Shown here: one piece after another, positions 12,280 through 23,435 of the stretch | Position numbering within the stretch: position 1 is the stretch's first letter | Layout of the letters: each line of letters begins with the position of its first letter | NCBI GenBank assembly: GCA_964019425.1 | Contig: OZ025797.1 | Span: 1 to 64,000, forward strand | Direction: 5' to 3' | From: Flectonema sp. DT1601 | Lineage: Eukaryota | Length of the DNA: 64,000 nucleotides | Notes under the pieces: generated by a model | Seen by the model: only the letters and a program-made list of their open reading frames with translations | The model's database searches: none | Told to the model about the DNA's origin: nothing | Made by a program: the position numbers and the translations under genes

Positions 12280-12830
12280 AAGGAATGTTATTATTGTAGT
12301 TACCAAGCAATGGTATTTGTCACCTGCAGAAGAAATATTTATACCACTTGTGAAAAGGAGTAAACATAACAAGTAAACGTCTAATGGGTCGAAAGTTTTT
12401 TTCATTTTTGAAACCCACAAGTTGAATGAGGAGAGAACGAAGTTGCCTTTTCTTTCTTTTATTAGAATGAATTGTGTAGATAAAAAGGAAGGAAAATGAT
12501 GGGTAAATAGGAAATGCAAACACAGCGATCATTTCATTCCAAAAAAGAAATCAAATGATTCATTATTTGGTGTGTTAAGATTTGTGTAAAAACTTTTGCA
12601 ATATTAGATCATCCCCAGAGAGGACACACATGGCGTTAAGTTTTGATAGAAACTCCAAAGCTTGGCACCAGGGAGGAAAAACAGAAATGTGATATGTAGT
12701 AACATACCATCCAAAGCTTTGGTTACTTTTTTATGCGCAAATAATTTGCTCATGATGCAAATTGCAATCAAATTAAAAATTAAAAAAAAAAAACTATAAA
12801 TACAACAATATCAAGAACTCGAGAAAAGTA

Positions 12831-15083
12831 CTAGCGCCCAAACGACACTGGGCGAGAATTTAGAATGAATGCTTGTTCTGGATGTGTTTGTCCTATCCCA
12901 AGCAAGTGTTTGAATGCTAAAGAGCATTCACCACTTTTCGATTCCAAGGCAGCAAGTTCCTTCTCGTCAAAGACATACTTACCATCTCCTAGTTTCGTTA
13001 GCACACCCGCAGCAGACTCCGTTCCTTCCGTATCAATGGTGTACATCCATTCCTCGTTTTTAGCATCTTTGTGTTTAATAACCTCTGATAGAAGATAGGT
13101 TTCACGTCCTAATTGAAGTGCCATCAGTAAACTGGATTCGATGCAACCCTGTATTTTTGCCCCACACTCCTTTCCAATCAGGATCACAGGTTCGCCTATC
13201 TGTGTCCCCAACCAAACAGAAGTTTCGAGCATAGGTCCGATGACCTTTTCAATCACTCCTGTGAGAGCGAATGATCGCATCGTCTGCGTTCCCAAATTTC
13301 CACTCTTACATCCCTGTTCACTTCTGATCGCAACGTAGTGCTTCTCTTCCCTCAGCTGTAAGGCAGCCTGACAGCATCTTTCCAACACCATACTAACACC
13401 TTGCCAAGTGGCGCAGTGAAGACTCGGATCGGAAACGTAAAACGGATGCAGTGTCCCCCTAAACAAATGGACTACAGACTCCAGTGACGAAAGGGTTTCG
13501 ATGAAGTTCTTTTCGTTAGCACCGACGCTCAGCTTCACCTTCATTGCAGTCAAAGGTGTTTTCGAGAGACCAACTCGCAAGGCTACTTGTGGACTTGGCT
13601 TTGCTAACGTTGCTGTACTAATTGAGCTAGTCTTGTTAGTCTTGGCCCCTCCCGTGTCTGCAGAATGCGACTCCAGTTCATCATCATCTTCACATTCACT
13701 TTGCTGGAACAGACTCTTCGGAAGAAATGCTTTGTACTCATCAAGACTATTTACTGCGAATGATAATCCCATAGCCAGGTCTTGACACTCAGATATGATA
13801 CTCCCTAGGCACGGTTTGATCAGATCGTTTGCGCCTTCTAAATCCAAGCTGCAAAGAGGAATCGTCGCGTTGGCGAGCTTTGTGAGCGGCTTTGCGACAA
13901 AAAATACTTCGAGAGTACCAATCATAAGATCGAATGATGCTACCAAGACTGCGAACCCCACAAACAAAAACAGCGCGCGATTGAGCTGCCCGTTCACAGA
14001 AGAAATGCTTCGAAACCACATCAGGTAAATATCATCCAGAGAATCGCGACCGTGCTTCAAGTACAAGGAGTCCTTCATCATCCAGTATGATGACCCCCTG
14101 TGAAAATCCGAAGTTTTCGTGGAGTTCAGCTCAACAACCATGTCTTGGAATTCCTTCGTCAAGTTCAATACGTACTTCAAACATTGCTGATACTCCGAAT
14201 CCAGCGTAAATGTTCCCGTGCAGTCATCGTCTACTTCCGCGTCCGGAAAGTTTCCTGTCAGCATAACGCTGTTCAGTCCCTTTGCTACCTGAGTGATAAC
14301 TATCTTCGCTTCAGTCGTGTACACCGTCATGAGTTTCCTCCATGCCTCTGTCAACATGTCAGCTTTTGCTATCGGCTGCATGCCTCCCAAAATACTGTGC
14401 CCCTCAGAAGGCGGCAGGAACCTCAGGTTGATCAAGTATACATAAGGATTGCCATCACTTGCGAACCAAATCAAAGGGTTAGACCACCATGTCTCCCCAG
14501 GTGTGATATCCGAAGTCATAATTTCATCAATATATTCATCTGAAATCAAAGATGTTGTGTAGTTGTAGATATTGGCACCAGGTATGGCCGTAATTGGATC
14601 TGGGATAGCATAACCCATCACACACGGATACGCACAAGCAGCTGTGTCGATGCTGGGGTTCCCCCTAGCGTTGACGAAATGACGTGAGCGGTCTCTGTGA
14701 AGGGTGTACCACGACAACTCGTGCACCCGCTTCGAGCGGTCTCCGTCTGGAGTGAAAGCTAATACACCCGCCCCGCCGATAATATTAGTTCGGTAAATTT
14801 CAGCTATCGACCTAGTGGTCATCCATCGACCGAAGGAGTCGTAGTCAGAGAAACTATGGTAGTTGTTAATCATGTCTCCAATCCGAGATGTTCCGTTTTC
14901 CACAATCCCAAAACTGTTCTTGATTTCCCTGCTGAGTGCCTGCAGATCCGCTCGCCCTGTCTCCTCAACTGTGTGCTCAATTACCACCAACCCCTCAAGG
15001 TACATCATCAAACCTGCTGCTACTGATGTAACAGTTGAAACGATACCAGACGATACCACCATCCATGTCGTCGCGATTCTCAT
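12831..15083 (-). CDS. Receptor-type membrane protein: N-terminal TM, extracellular domain, TM, HAMP-like linker, degenerate nucleotide cyclase-like domain
   Basis: 750 aa ORF with two hydrophobic segments, a post-TM KPLTKLA..ECQDL..EYKAFLP linker and a cyclase-like GNLGTQTMRSFALTG motif. Confidence 0.65.
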   Translation of the reverse strand: MRIATTWMVVSSGIVSTVTSVAAGLMMYLEGLVVIEHTVEETGRADLQALSREIKNSFGIVENGTSRIGDMINNYHSFSDYDSFGRWMTTRSIAEIYRTNIIGGAGVLAFTPDGDRSKRVHELSWYTLHRDRSRHFVNARGNPSIDTAACAYPCVMGYAIPDPITAIPGANIYNYTTSLISDEYIDEIMTSDITPGETWWSNPLIWFASDGNPYVYLINLRFLPPSEGHSILGGMQPIAKADMLTEAWRKLMTVYTTEAKIVITQVAKGLNSVMLTGNFPDAEVDDDCTGTFTLDSEYQQCLKYVLNLTKEFQDMVVELNSTKTSDFHRGSSYWMMKDSLYLKHGRDSLDDIYLMWFRSISSVNGQLNRALFLFVGFAVLVASFDLMIGTLEVFFVAKPLTKLANATIPLCSLDLEGANDLIKPCLGSIISECQDLAMGLSFAVNSLDEYKAFLPKSLFQQSECEDDDELESHSADTGGAKTNKTSSISTATLAKPSPQVALRVGLSKTPLTAMKVKLSVGANEKNFIETLSSLESVVHLFRGTLHPFYVSDPSLHCATWQGVSMVLERCCQAALQLREEKHYVAIRSEQGCKSGNLGTQTMRSFALTGVIEKVIGPMLETSVWLGTQIGEPVILIGKECGAKIQGCIESSLLMALQLGRETYLLSEVIKHKDAKNEEWMYTIDTEGTESAAGVLTKLGDGKYVFDEKELAALESKSGECSLAFKHLLGIGQTHPEQAFILNSRPVSFGR

Positions 15084-15305
15084 TTTTGCGGATTGTGTGA
15101 AAGTAATCTGAGAGAAGGAACTAACTTACTAAACGCAACAAGCTGTCCAACTAGTAGTTGAAAACAAAAAAAGAAAAACACAAACAACCTTTATTCTCTT
15201 TTGCAATAGCGAAAGAACAAAATTCTTATGCCTCATGATGTCAATCAAAAGTGAGAATGAAGAAGAAGAAGAGGTCTTATCGAACGGATTTAGAGTTTTG
15301 TGGAC

Positions 15306-15439
15306 ACATCTCAGAGACTAGGAAATGAAACAGAATGTGTCAGCCCACGTTTTTTTTCCTGAAATTCCCCAACCCACATTTCTATTTTGCTGAAAAGGAT
15401 GAAAATGATAATGAACGAATCCCTTATTTCCATCTCAGG
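15306..15439. repeat. Degenerate direct repeat A, copy 2
   Basis: Aligns with 12157-12279. Confidence 0.8.
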
Positions 15440-16058
15440 GTACACAAGCATAGAGTGCAGTCATCATTTGAAGAATTGTCCAGATCTGATCTTAAATAAA
15501 ATAAAAAGTTACTCCACTAAGGTGAATAATAATCCATTATCTTTTTTAGTTTACATACAGATTGGTGGCAGTTGCGTATATAATTCCAGTTTTTAAACAG
15601 TCATCGACACGTTATTATTAATGCAATTGATAGCAGAAGTTGTTCAATCCGAAGATCAGGAAAGATATTTATTCTCTTTTTCTGCCCGTTGTTCATAATC
15701 ATCGGTATTAAAGAATTATACACAACTGCCACCAAGAATTCCTGCTAAGCAGATGGGAAGTACTCATTGTAAACTGTGAATTCAGAAAAAGCTAATAAAA
15801 ACTGGAGAGGACGCAGGGATTTTCCGGACTAAAAATAAACAGCTCCGATAAAGCTAAAATAAACAGTGTAAATAAAATAATAAGTAGTTTCGCTTATCCT
15901 CACTTGAATTGATAAAAGAATTAAGTCATCAGGACCAACTTAATAGTTCTTTTTGTTAGTGTGGCTGTCTAAGGGTTCACTTGACTAATGAAGAAGAAAT
16001 CAAACTTTCAGTTGTCAGACAGGCGTGGAACGAAATGGTTCGCTTTGTAGAGACATTT

Positions 16059-17588
16059 CTATTTCCTTCCCCCAGTCACTATTGCCACAGCTTTAATGAG
16101 GCGTTTTCTTCTCTTCTTTTTGAATTCTGCATTCTTTTCCAACAGTTTTGCGATGTGGATGAGCAGAGTCGGTGTTGCCGCGTTTACAAACCTGAGAGAC
16201 AAGTTAGTTAATTCTGTATTAATCTTCAACGCTTGTAACATTGAAAGACATCCATCAACACTTGGAGAAGTACCGTCCAGAACTAGTGAGCAGATAGAAC
16301 TACTGTTGTGAACCGCCCGAGAGAGAGCATTCCACCCTGGATCCCCGATATCAGAAGACGCTAAATTAAGGTTACGAAGATTTGTAAGTTGTAATAACTT
16401 CGCGAGTGATATAGCTCCATGATCACCAACCGGATTACTCCTCAGAATCAACGACGTCAGGGAAGCGCAGGCAATACAGGCTTTTGTAATGTGCACAGCC
16501 CCAACAGAAGTTATGTTTGAAAACGAAACCTCCAACGAGCGCAGTGCACAAAAACCAGCAATGCCTTCTGCTAAAACTCCTGCGGAATCGTCCAAAACGT
16601 CGCAATAGGCAAGCGACAGGTCTCCAAGCGTTCGGCATTGGTTCAGAGAATTGCAAAGGATTTCCATTGTGATAGGGGTCAAAGGACATTTTCGAAGCTC
16701 AAAGCGACGAATTTTCGAAGCACTGTTTCGCAATTCTGCGCACAAGTCAGAAATGTACTGCTCAGGAGAAGAATTCGCTTTTTGGTCATATGTAAGGCAC
16801 CAGCAAGGTAGTTGTGGTAACTGAACGTCCTCCCACACCCACGGCAGCGGTGTTGGGATTTCAGAAGCTTCGAATCTTGGTGGCCAGACGGGCCTTCCCT
16901 TCCCCATCGCCCACTTCACTCTTGCAACAAATTTCAAACTCAGTCTTCTGAGATTCTCTTCTGCACAGCTCTCAGAGTGGGAAAACGTACAGCGAAACCC
17001 ACGCCGACATCGCCCAATCTTGTTGTATCGACATGGACTTTGATTTTCATTCTGCAGTCCGTTAACTGGTCTTCGCACCAACGGATAGTAGTCCACGGTG
17101 TTAATTACGTATGTTTTTCCATTCTTTTTACTGTGTTCGTGCACGGCGGTTGAGACTAAGTCGAGAAGGACTTGAAGCTCTTTTTGTCGTTCAATTTCCC
17201 TTTGTTCCTCAACTGAGAGATCCTTTTTACGCATCTTACTTGTGGGTCCCAACTTCCCAAGTGCGCGAAGTGCAGAAGGAGCTTGTCGAGGTTTTTCTAA
17301 TTTCGGAGGTGCGCCAAGAACTGAGGTACCGACACTTTCAGGTAAGTCATTTATTACTGTCGGCGCGTCGTTCGGCCAACGGCGGCTCCACCAGCGTTGG
17401 CATCTTTGGTCACTCGCCAACGGTCGTCTAATTCTGAACTTCTTTGGTGCTGTCGGTATTTTGAGCTCGGCCCTGTTGTCATGTCTGGAAGCCTCACGCA
17501 ACAGTTTCCTCACCACTGGAAACGAGAAATTCAAATCGCTTAGTATCTCATCCATGTTGGAAGATACCTTGTGGTATTTCGAGTTCAT
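16059..17588 (-). CDS. CCCH zinc finger plus RNI-like leucine-rich repeat protein
   Basis: CRYNKIGRCRRGFRCTFSH (C-x7-C-x5-C-x3-H) followed by 28-residue LRRs such as LTSLILRSNPVGDHGAISLA. Confidence 0.85.
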   Translation of the reverse strand: MNSKYHKVSSNMDEILSDLNFSFPVVRKLLREASRHDNRAELKIPTAPKKFRIRRPLASDQRCQRWWSRRWPNDAPTVINDLPESVGTSVLGAPPKLEKPRQAPSALRALGKLGPTSKMRKKDLSVEEQREIERQKELQVLLDLVSTAVHEHSKKNGKTYVINTVDYYPLVRRPVNGLQNENQSPCRYNKIGRCRRGFRCTFSHSESCAEENLRRLSLKFVARVKWAMGKGRPVWPPRFEASEIPTPLPWVWEDVQLPQLPCWCLTYDQKANSSPEQYISDLCAELRNSASKIRRFELRKCPLTPITMEILCNSLNQCRTLGDLSLAYCDVLDDSAGVLAEGIAGFCALRSLEVSFSNITSVGAVHITKACIACASLTSLILRSNPVGDHGAISLAKLLQLTNLRNLNLASSDIGDPGWNALSRAVHNSSSICSLVLDGTSPSVDGCLSMLQALKINTELTNLSLRFVNAATPTLLIHIAKLLEKNAEFKKKRRKRLIKAVAIVTGGRK

Positions 17589-18541
17589 ATTTTATTTTAT
17601 CTGGTGATGGTTTTTACACAAATAACTAACACAATTCTCAGCCTCCGATTATTCGAATCACTACTTCAATGAGATGCCTCACCGAAGCCATTCCCATAGC
17701 TATTCCCCGACCTGCTTAATAATTTTATTAACAACCTTTATCACAGCTACTTACGTATCAACACACGAGTACAAAGTTGTGTGCGCGGAAAAAGATGCTA
17801 TAAAGTAAAATAATCTTTCGGTAAACGGACACCATAATATGAGAAACAATAATTAAATAAAGTAACTTGTTTTACTACATCTAACGACTTGTATATTTGT
17901 GAAATGACAACGAGGTCAAAGACTATTAAGTCCCTTTTTTAATTTTTTTTTTTTTTTCGAATATGCTACACAACAACAATGTGAGGTCCACCAGGAGGTC
18001 TATTCTCTGGTTTGCACTGCCAAATGGAGTTGCTATGAATTATTCACATTTTACGGATGTAAAGATTTTGGTATTGGAACACCACAATACATTAATTTAG
18101 AGAACAGTTCGATGAGAAAGTGTTCGCTATCACATACCACTTGTGATTGAGTTTGGAATGAGTTGAGGTGAGTCTTGAAGTTGAATATGTGCCACTCTGT
18201 TCCTAATGGATTGTTTGATAAAAGTGATCAAAATAATGGATCAAGAAGATTGCATATTTGGTCATATTTAAAAAAAATAAGAACAATTTTTTAAAAAAGA
18301 AAACGTTTACTTTCCCGACGACAGAGATAGGTTTCGTCGAAAGTTGTTTGAGTTCAATTTTTTATTTTCCCCCGAGGAGTCGCTCGGTTCCTAATGGAAG
18401 TTGTTTTAACAACAGATGCAAGGAGCTCATAACTCTTTTGGTAGTAAATTTAGAATGATTAACGTGAATTAAATATTACAAGAGCTGTCCAACATGAGTT
18501 GCGATCTCAGATCAATTGGTCATCAATTGGTACAAAGCGGA

Positions 18542-19849
18542 CTACTTCTCCAGAGTACGGCCAACATCAACATCCACAAACTCCGGGTGGTATTCCAGCA
18601 TCATATCCCACAACATGGTTCGCGTTTCTGTACTGTCAGAAGGGTCGACAAAATTAAATTTCTCAGCGGTGGGTTCGTCTTCAGGATCATGACAATCGAA
18701 GTCGGTACCCTTTCGTGAGAACGTCTCGTGTGCGATAGCCTCGTGGGCTGGAGGTCGACATCTTGGTTCCCACGACAGCATTCGTGCAATCAGTTTGATT
18801 TCACACTCAGATGGTGGTTCTCCCATTAGCTTTTTACCATCGAAGAATTTTTTTAAAAATACTTCACCACCACCTTCTTCACCGAATTGCTTATCTGTAA
18901 CTAACTCTGAAATACCAAGAGAGTCTGCGATGTGTTTTGGAGGAGGTCCAATGACTTCAATCATTTTACGAAGTTGAAATGGAGCGCCTCTGCTATCACG
19001 AAACAACTCTTGTCCATAAATAAGTTCTGCGTAAATACATCCAATTGACCAAATGTCTATGAGGTGTGCATTCTTTTCAGTATTACTCGCCGTATCAATC
19101 GTTTGTAAGGCTGAGAGTGCTTCAGGTGGGATGTATGAACTGGTAGTCACCCAATTGGTATCTGTGATGAAAATCTCTGAAGGATTTGGTTTTGCAATAA
19201 GACCACGTCCAGATCCCAAGTCACACAGAGCAAGTGGAAAAGATCCATCGTCAGTCTTTTGAATTAAAATGTTTTCTGGTTTAAGATCTCTATGAACTGC
19301 ACCAGCTGAATGTACTGCAGTGACTCCTCTCAGTAATTGACACATAAAGAAGACTCGGTGAAGTTCTGTGAGGTTCCACTTGTCTGATATTACCTGTCGA
19401 AGGGACAAATCGAATTTCTTTAGAACCATATAAACTGTGTTGTACTCTTCGTATCTCTCAGAAAGGGTTTTTTGAGAATCCGACTCAGAACCCAACGTGA
19501 TGAAAACATCAATCACTTTAACAATATTATCGTGAGAACCATCGTCACCCTCGAAGAGCATTTCCGTATTCTTTGTGAAGTGAGTTAGGAGTCTCACTTC
19601 CCGGAGGCTGGCTCGTTCTCGCTGTGGTGAATCAAATAAGTTTTTTAACTTTTTGATTGCAACTTCTTCACCAGTTTGCTTGTCTGTTGCTGCTACTACA
19701 CAACCGTAGGCACCCCATCCGAGTGCTGTTGAATTCGGGGAAATCTCATACCTGTCAATGAGCTCGAATCCCTCTGTGGAGTCCCCAAAAATACCTGGCC
19801 TGTCCTTTACCTGAACACTGTAGCGTTTACAGTTGTACAACTCCGTCAT
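18542..19849 (-). CDS. MAPK-like (CMGC) Ser/Thr protein kinase, atypical
   Basis: GWGAYGCV, VAIKK, LREVRLL, HRDLKPEN, DLG, PPE, DIWSIGCI and a C-terminal HDPEDEP motif resembling the MAPK common-docking region. Confidence 0.9.
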   Translation of the reverse strand: MTELYNCKRYSVQVKDRPGIFGDSTEGFELIDRYEISPNSTALGWGAYGCVVAATDKQTGEEVAIKKLKNLFDSPQRERASLREVRLLTHFTKNTEMLFEGDDGSHDNIVKVIDVFITLGSESDSQKTLSERYEEYNTVYMVLKKFDLSLRQVISDKWNLTELHRVFFMCQLLRGVTAVHSAGAVHRDLKPENILIQKTDDGSFPLALCDLGSGRGLIAKPNPSEIFITDTNWVTTSSYIPPEALSALQTIDTASNTEKNAHLIDIWSIGCIYAELIYGQELFRDSRGAPFQLRKMIEVIGPPPKHIADSLGISELVTDKQFGEEGGGEVFLKKFFDGKKLMGEPPSECEIKLIARMLSWEPRCRPPAHEAIAHETFSRKGTDFDCHDPEDEPTAEKFNFVDPSDSTETRTMLWDMMLEYHPEFVDVDVGRTLEK

Positions 19850-20061
19850 GTTTAGTAGCTGGTATTGGATGAGAAAATTATAAAACCTTTTCCAGCTTCC
19901 TCCCTGAAGGATAATTTCGTAAAGGAGGATCGATTGCTTTCAATATTTGTATCCTGGAGATGGAGAAGATAATATAAATTCATATTTCAGATCATCAACA
20001 ACATAATATTTCTAACGAATACAGAAAACAGATTACAGAAGTGATGTGACGATTATCAAAC

Positions 20062-20868
20062 TCATCGTCGTTGTAGTTCAGGAGAGATGTTGTGAGAGTC
20101 GGAGTGTATTTGAAGACGCTCAGAAAGAGTTGTTTCGGATACGAAATTAGGAGACGCTGGCCAAAATGGAGTCCCAGCTTGCAGTTCAGGAACTCTACGA
20201 GAAGGTGTCACTGCTGGAGGTGCCATGTAGGAGGGAGTTGGATGACCTGCAAACAAACTGCGCTGCTCAAACTGCTGAGGGCTGACGGGAAGCGTTTCCG
20301 AATGCAGCGCCATTCTCGTTTGCAGAGATAGCTGCAGGGAGTCAAGTCCAGCCACGGCATCGCTTATTCGAGTTTCAGACCTGGGGCTGGTAATTGGCGG
20401 AGGGCTCTTCACTCTAACTTTACTGCTACCCACAGTGGTAACTGCAATTTTATGAGACGGTGCGTACGAATGGGACGGTGCGTACGAGGGCCTCTCCGGG
20501 GAGCGAGAGAGTTCCTTTATCCGCTGCAGCTGATCAGCTCCGTATCCCTGTTGAGCCCATTGAGCCTCTACAACTCTCATGACTGGGTTTGTAGACATCT
20601 GCTGCTGTTGTTGTTGTTGCTGCTGGTCGGGGTCATTTTGAGTCATAAACCGCGGTGGTCTCCTTTCAGGACAACTTACACTTAATGACCAGGTTGGGTT
20701 TGCTCCTTGCCTGTTCTTATCGCGTGGTATCCTTCCTCTCATACTGCTGGGCATCTGAGCAGTGATTGGCCTCTCTGGTGATCTTCCTCGAGGTGGGCTC
20801 TTATTTCTTGATGGGCTCCTCCCCCTCTCCACATAATGTGAGGATGACAGATACGCGCCTTCGGGCAT
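20062..20868 (-). CDS. Hypothetical low-complexity Ser/Pro/Arg-rich protein with polyQ
   Basis: 268 aa ATG-initiated ORF on the same strand as neighbours, with coding-like GC against AT-rich flanks. Confidence 0.7.
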   Translation of the reverse strand: MPEGAYLSSSHYVERGRSPSRNKSPPRGRSPERPITAQMPSSMRGRIPRDKNRQGANPTWSLSVSCPERRPPRFMTQNDPDQQQQQQQQQMSTNPVMRVVEAQWAQQGYGADQLQRIKELSRSPERPSYAPSHSYAPSHKIAVTTVGSSKVRVKSPPPITSPRSETRISDAVAGLDSLQLSLQTRMALHSETLPVSPQQFEQRSLFAGHPTPSYMAPPAVTPSRRVPELQAGTPFWPASPNFVSETTLSERLQIHSDSHNISPELQRR

Positions 20869-21133
20869 GTTGTGTTGTCATCTATTTGAAGAATATCATT
20901 ATGTCTAATTCCCAATAATACAATCATCTAATTCAGGAACTGCTTCACTCTTCAGGACAGTTGGAATACTAATGACGTGAAGCCAACATTATTTATCTGT
21001 TATGACTGTTAAGAGTAATGAGTAATTAGATTGCTTAATACTCTAAAGGAATTCTAATGTCATTACAGGTCTGTAGGAGCTGGTAGGCTACAGTAGAGTT
21101 CTCTGCTGGCAATCGGTTCCTACTAATGTGTGT

Positions 21134-22306
21134 TCAAAGAGTTGACTTCACATCAAAAAGCTTCTTAGGAAGCTCAACACAAACTACTTCAGTTTCTTCA
21201 TCACCCGCCACGCGGTAACCTTCGCGAAGGATTTCAAGAAGTCTATTCCCTTCAGTCACAAACAAGTCTTGGCGGAGCCTGACTCGCAATGATTCCATTT
21301 TTTGGATCATACCAAAGGAAGCATAGAAGGTCAACAGAGCATACCCAGGTAACATGATACCAGTCAGGTCAGCAAGGCAGGCTGAGACGAAGAGTGCTTC
21401 CGCCAATTCCAGGCAAGCAGTGGTTTCATCAGGAACAAGCTCTGCACGTTGTTGATAACCTTTTATTACTGAGGCTCTGGTAGAAGAGCCTAAAAGGTTA
21501 TTATCTGACATGTATTTCACAATTTCAAGTAACCCCGAGTGATTGTTTTCTCTTACATGAAGTGCTGTGAGAGCTGACCAAAATGATCTGTCCTCTCGCA
21601 GTCCAGGAATCGGCATAAAGTTGATAAAGTAATTGGCTTCCTCTAAAGTATTGCACTTCGTTGTTATTAAGGAAATCATTATCGGAGTTAGTGGAATGTC
21701 ATGCTTTCTTTGTAATGAAAGTACCTTCACCATCTTTTCATAAGAAGTACAGGCATAGTACAAGGATAGAATAGAATGAGAAGTCACGGCGATCTGTTCT
21801 ATTTCGAAGAACGATTTGGCAATCTGAAAAGCTGTCTTTTCATCACCCACCTTGCCATACACTTTCATTAGAGCGTTGAATATTCCACTATGAAGCTGTT
21901 TGTCTCTGCCAAAGCCTTTGCGACGGAGGGTCATCCAATATTCTTTAACTTTTGAAGGATTTCCTTTACTCGCATACGCTGACATTGCGAAGACATAATG
22001 AACTCCCTGAGGTTCAACACCTGCTTGTTGCATTTCTCGAAGGTGGTATTCCACCAGTTCGGGGTTCTTAGTCGCAGCTGCTAATTTTAGTAAGACTCCG
22101 TATGTACGACTTCCACAATCGTATCCTTCAGAACGAAGGGCTTCCATTACGTGTTTTAATTTCGTTCCAATTCCTCTGAACTTTGGATCTACTACAGAAA
22201 CATCAATGTTTGTCCTCTCAGGAAATACTGATCTCAGCCTTACTGACGCCTCGTAGTCTGACATCGTTGACTTTGCCTGCTTCAGAAACACCAGAGATCT
22301 TCTCAT
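21134..22306 (-). CDS. Pentatricopeptide repeat (PPR) protein, probably mitochondrial
   Basis: PPR-like units (TYGVLLKLAA..., HYVFAMSAYASKGN, IFNALMKVYGKVGD) and a basic N-terminus MRRSLVFLK. Confidence 0.8.
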   Translation of the reverse strand: MRRSLVFLKQAKSTMSDYEASVRLRSVFPERTNIDVSVVDPKFRGIGTKLKHVMEALRSEGYDCGSRTYGVLLKLAAATKNPELVEYHLREMQQAGVEPQGVHYVFAMSAYASKGNPSKVKEYWMTLRRKGFGRDKQLHSGIFNALMKVYGKVGDEKTAFQIAKSFFEIEQIAVTSHSILSLYYACTSYEKMVKVLSLQRKHDIPLTPIMISLITTKCNTLEEANYFINFMPIPGLREDRSFWSALTALHVRENNHSGLLEIVKYMSDNNLLGSSTRASVIKGYQQRAELVPDETTACLELAEALFVSACLADLTGIMLPGYALLTFYASFGMIQKMESLRVRLRQDLFVTEGNRLLEILREGYRVAGDEETEVVCVELPKKLFDVKSTL

Positions 22307-23435
22307 TGATAAATATCTGAGCTCACATTGGTATCTGATTCGGAATTAATTAAATAATCCAAAGTCTGGAATCCGTTTTTTTTTTATTATTTACGAACTA
22401 CCAAATCTTTTACTGATGTGGACCTGAAAAAGTAAAAACTTGATATCAATACCACGAGATGGTGACACCTCAATCAATGGGGTTATTTAAGAGAAACATC
22501 GAGCTGTGCCTTTTTCCATTCTTTTAATCATTTTTTTTTTTTTCCCCCAAGAACCCGGGCGACTCAAAGCTAATTAATTTTAATATTGTCAACACATCTT
22601 ATTTATATTTCTCTCTTTTCACATATTCTTTCGGTGTAAGCCAACGATAAACTACTTCATTTATTATCCCCGTTTGTTTGTTTGTTTTTTTTTTTTTTTC
22701 TCTATTCTTTTTAATTTACTAGGAGCTTGTTTGTTATAAATTATTTTAAAAGCACGCACGGGGAATCATCGCGCAACAGGTGAAATCAGTCAGTAATTTT
22801 TCTTTTTTTTAATTTTTTTTTTTTTGAGGGATAGAGAGGCGGATAAGTGGGAGAGCAAACCCTCAGAACCAACGATTCTTATGATGTATGAATGCGTGCT
22901 AAAAATATAAACCACATCAACAGTCTTAAGCTGGTTTACAGGTCCCCGATTACCCGTCGCCAAGTCGAAGAAAAGATGAGTAAATTATAGCTCATGATGG
23001 CTCACAAGGTCATGTTGTTTTGTTTTGCTTTTTTTTTTTCCCCCCCCCCCCATTTCTTTTTAAACGCCAGAGTAGAATAGTAAGCTCGTTCCCTCGGTAC
23101 GCATTAGTGCTCCCTCTTTTATTTTTATTTATCTTTTTTTTTTTTTTTTCCTTCACAAGTTCATGCTAGGGTCCCGGTCAGCTCCAGCCAGTCTCTTCCG
23201 CGCCTTGTCATGGGCTCTCGCCACCTTGGCGAGTTTGGCTTTCAGCGCGGCCAGATCACAGCATTGGTCGATTTTTTGCGATCGAGGAATAACATAGGAC
23301 TCTCACACGTTCATCAGGTTGGATGGGGAGGTAGCAAATCAATCAACGCCTCCCTCGAGTTTCTTCTGACTCCGATAGTTCTTTGAAAGAGGGAACACAA
23401 CAACTAAAACGTGCAATTGAAAAGCGTGTACGACA

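Noticed and set aside
23305..23320. Hammerhead-like CTGATGA on the minus strand
   Set aside because: No stem II followed by GAAA in the required geometry.
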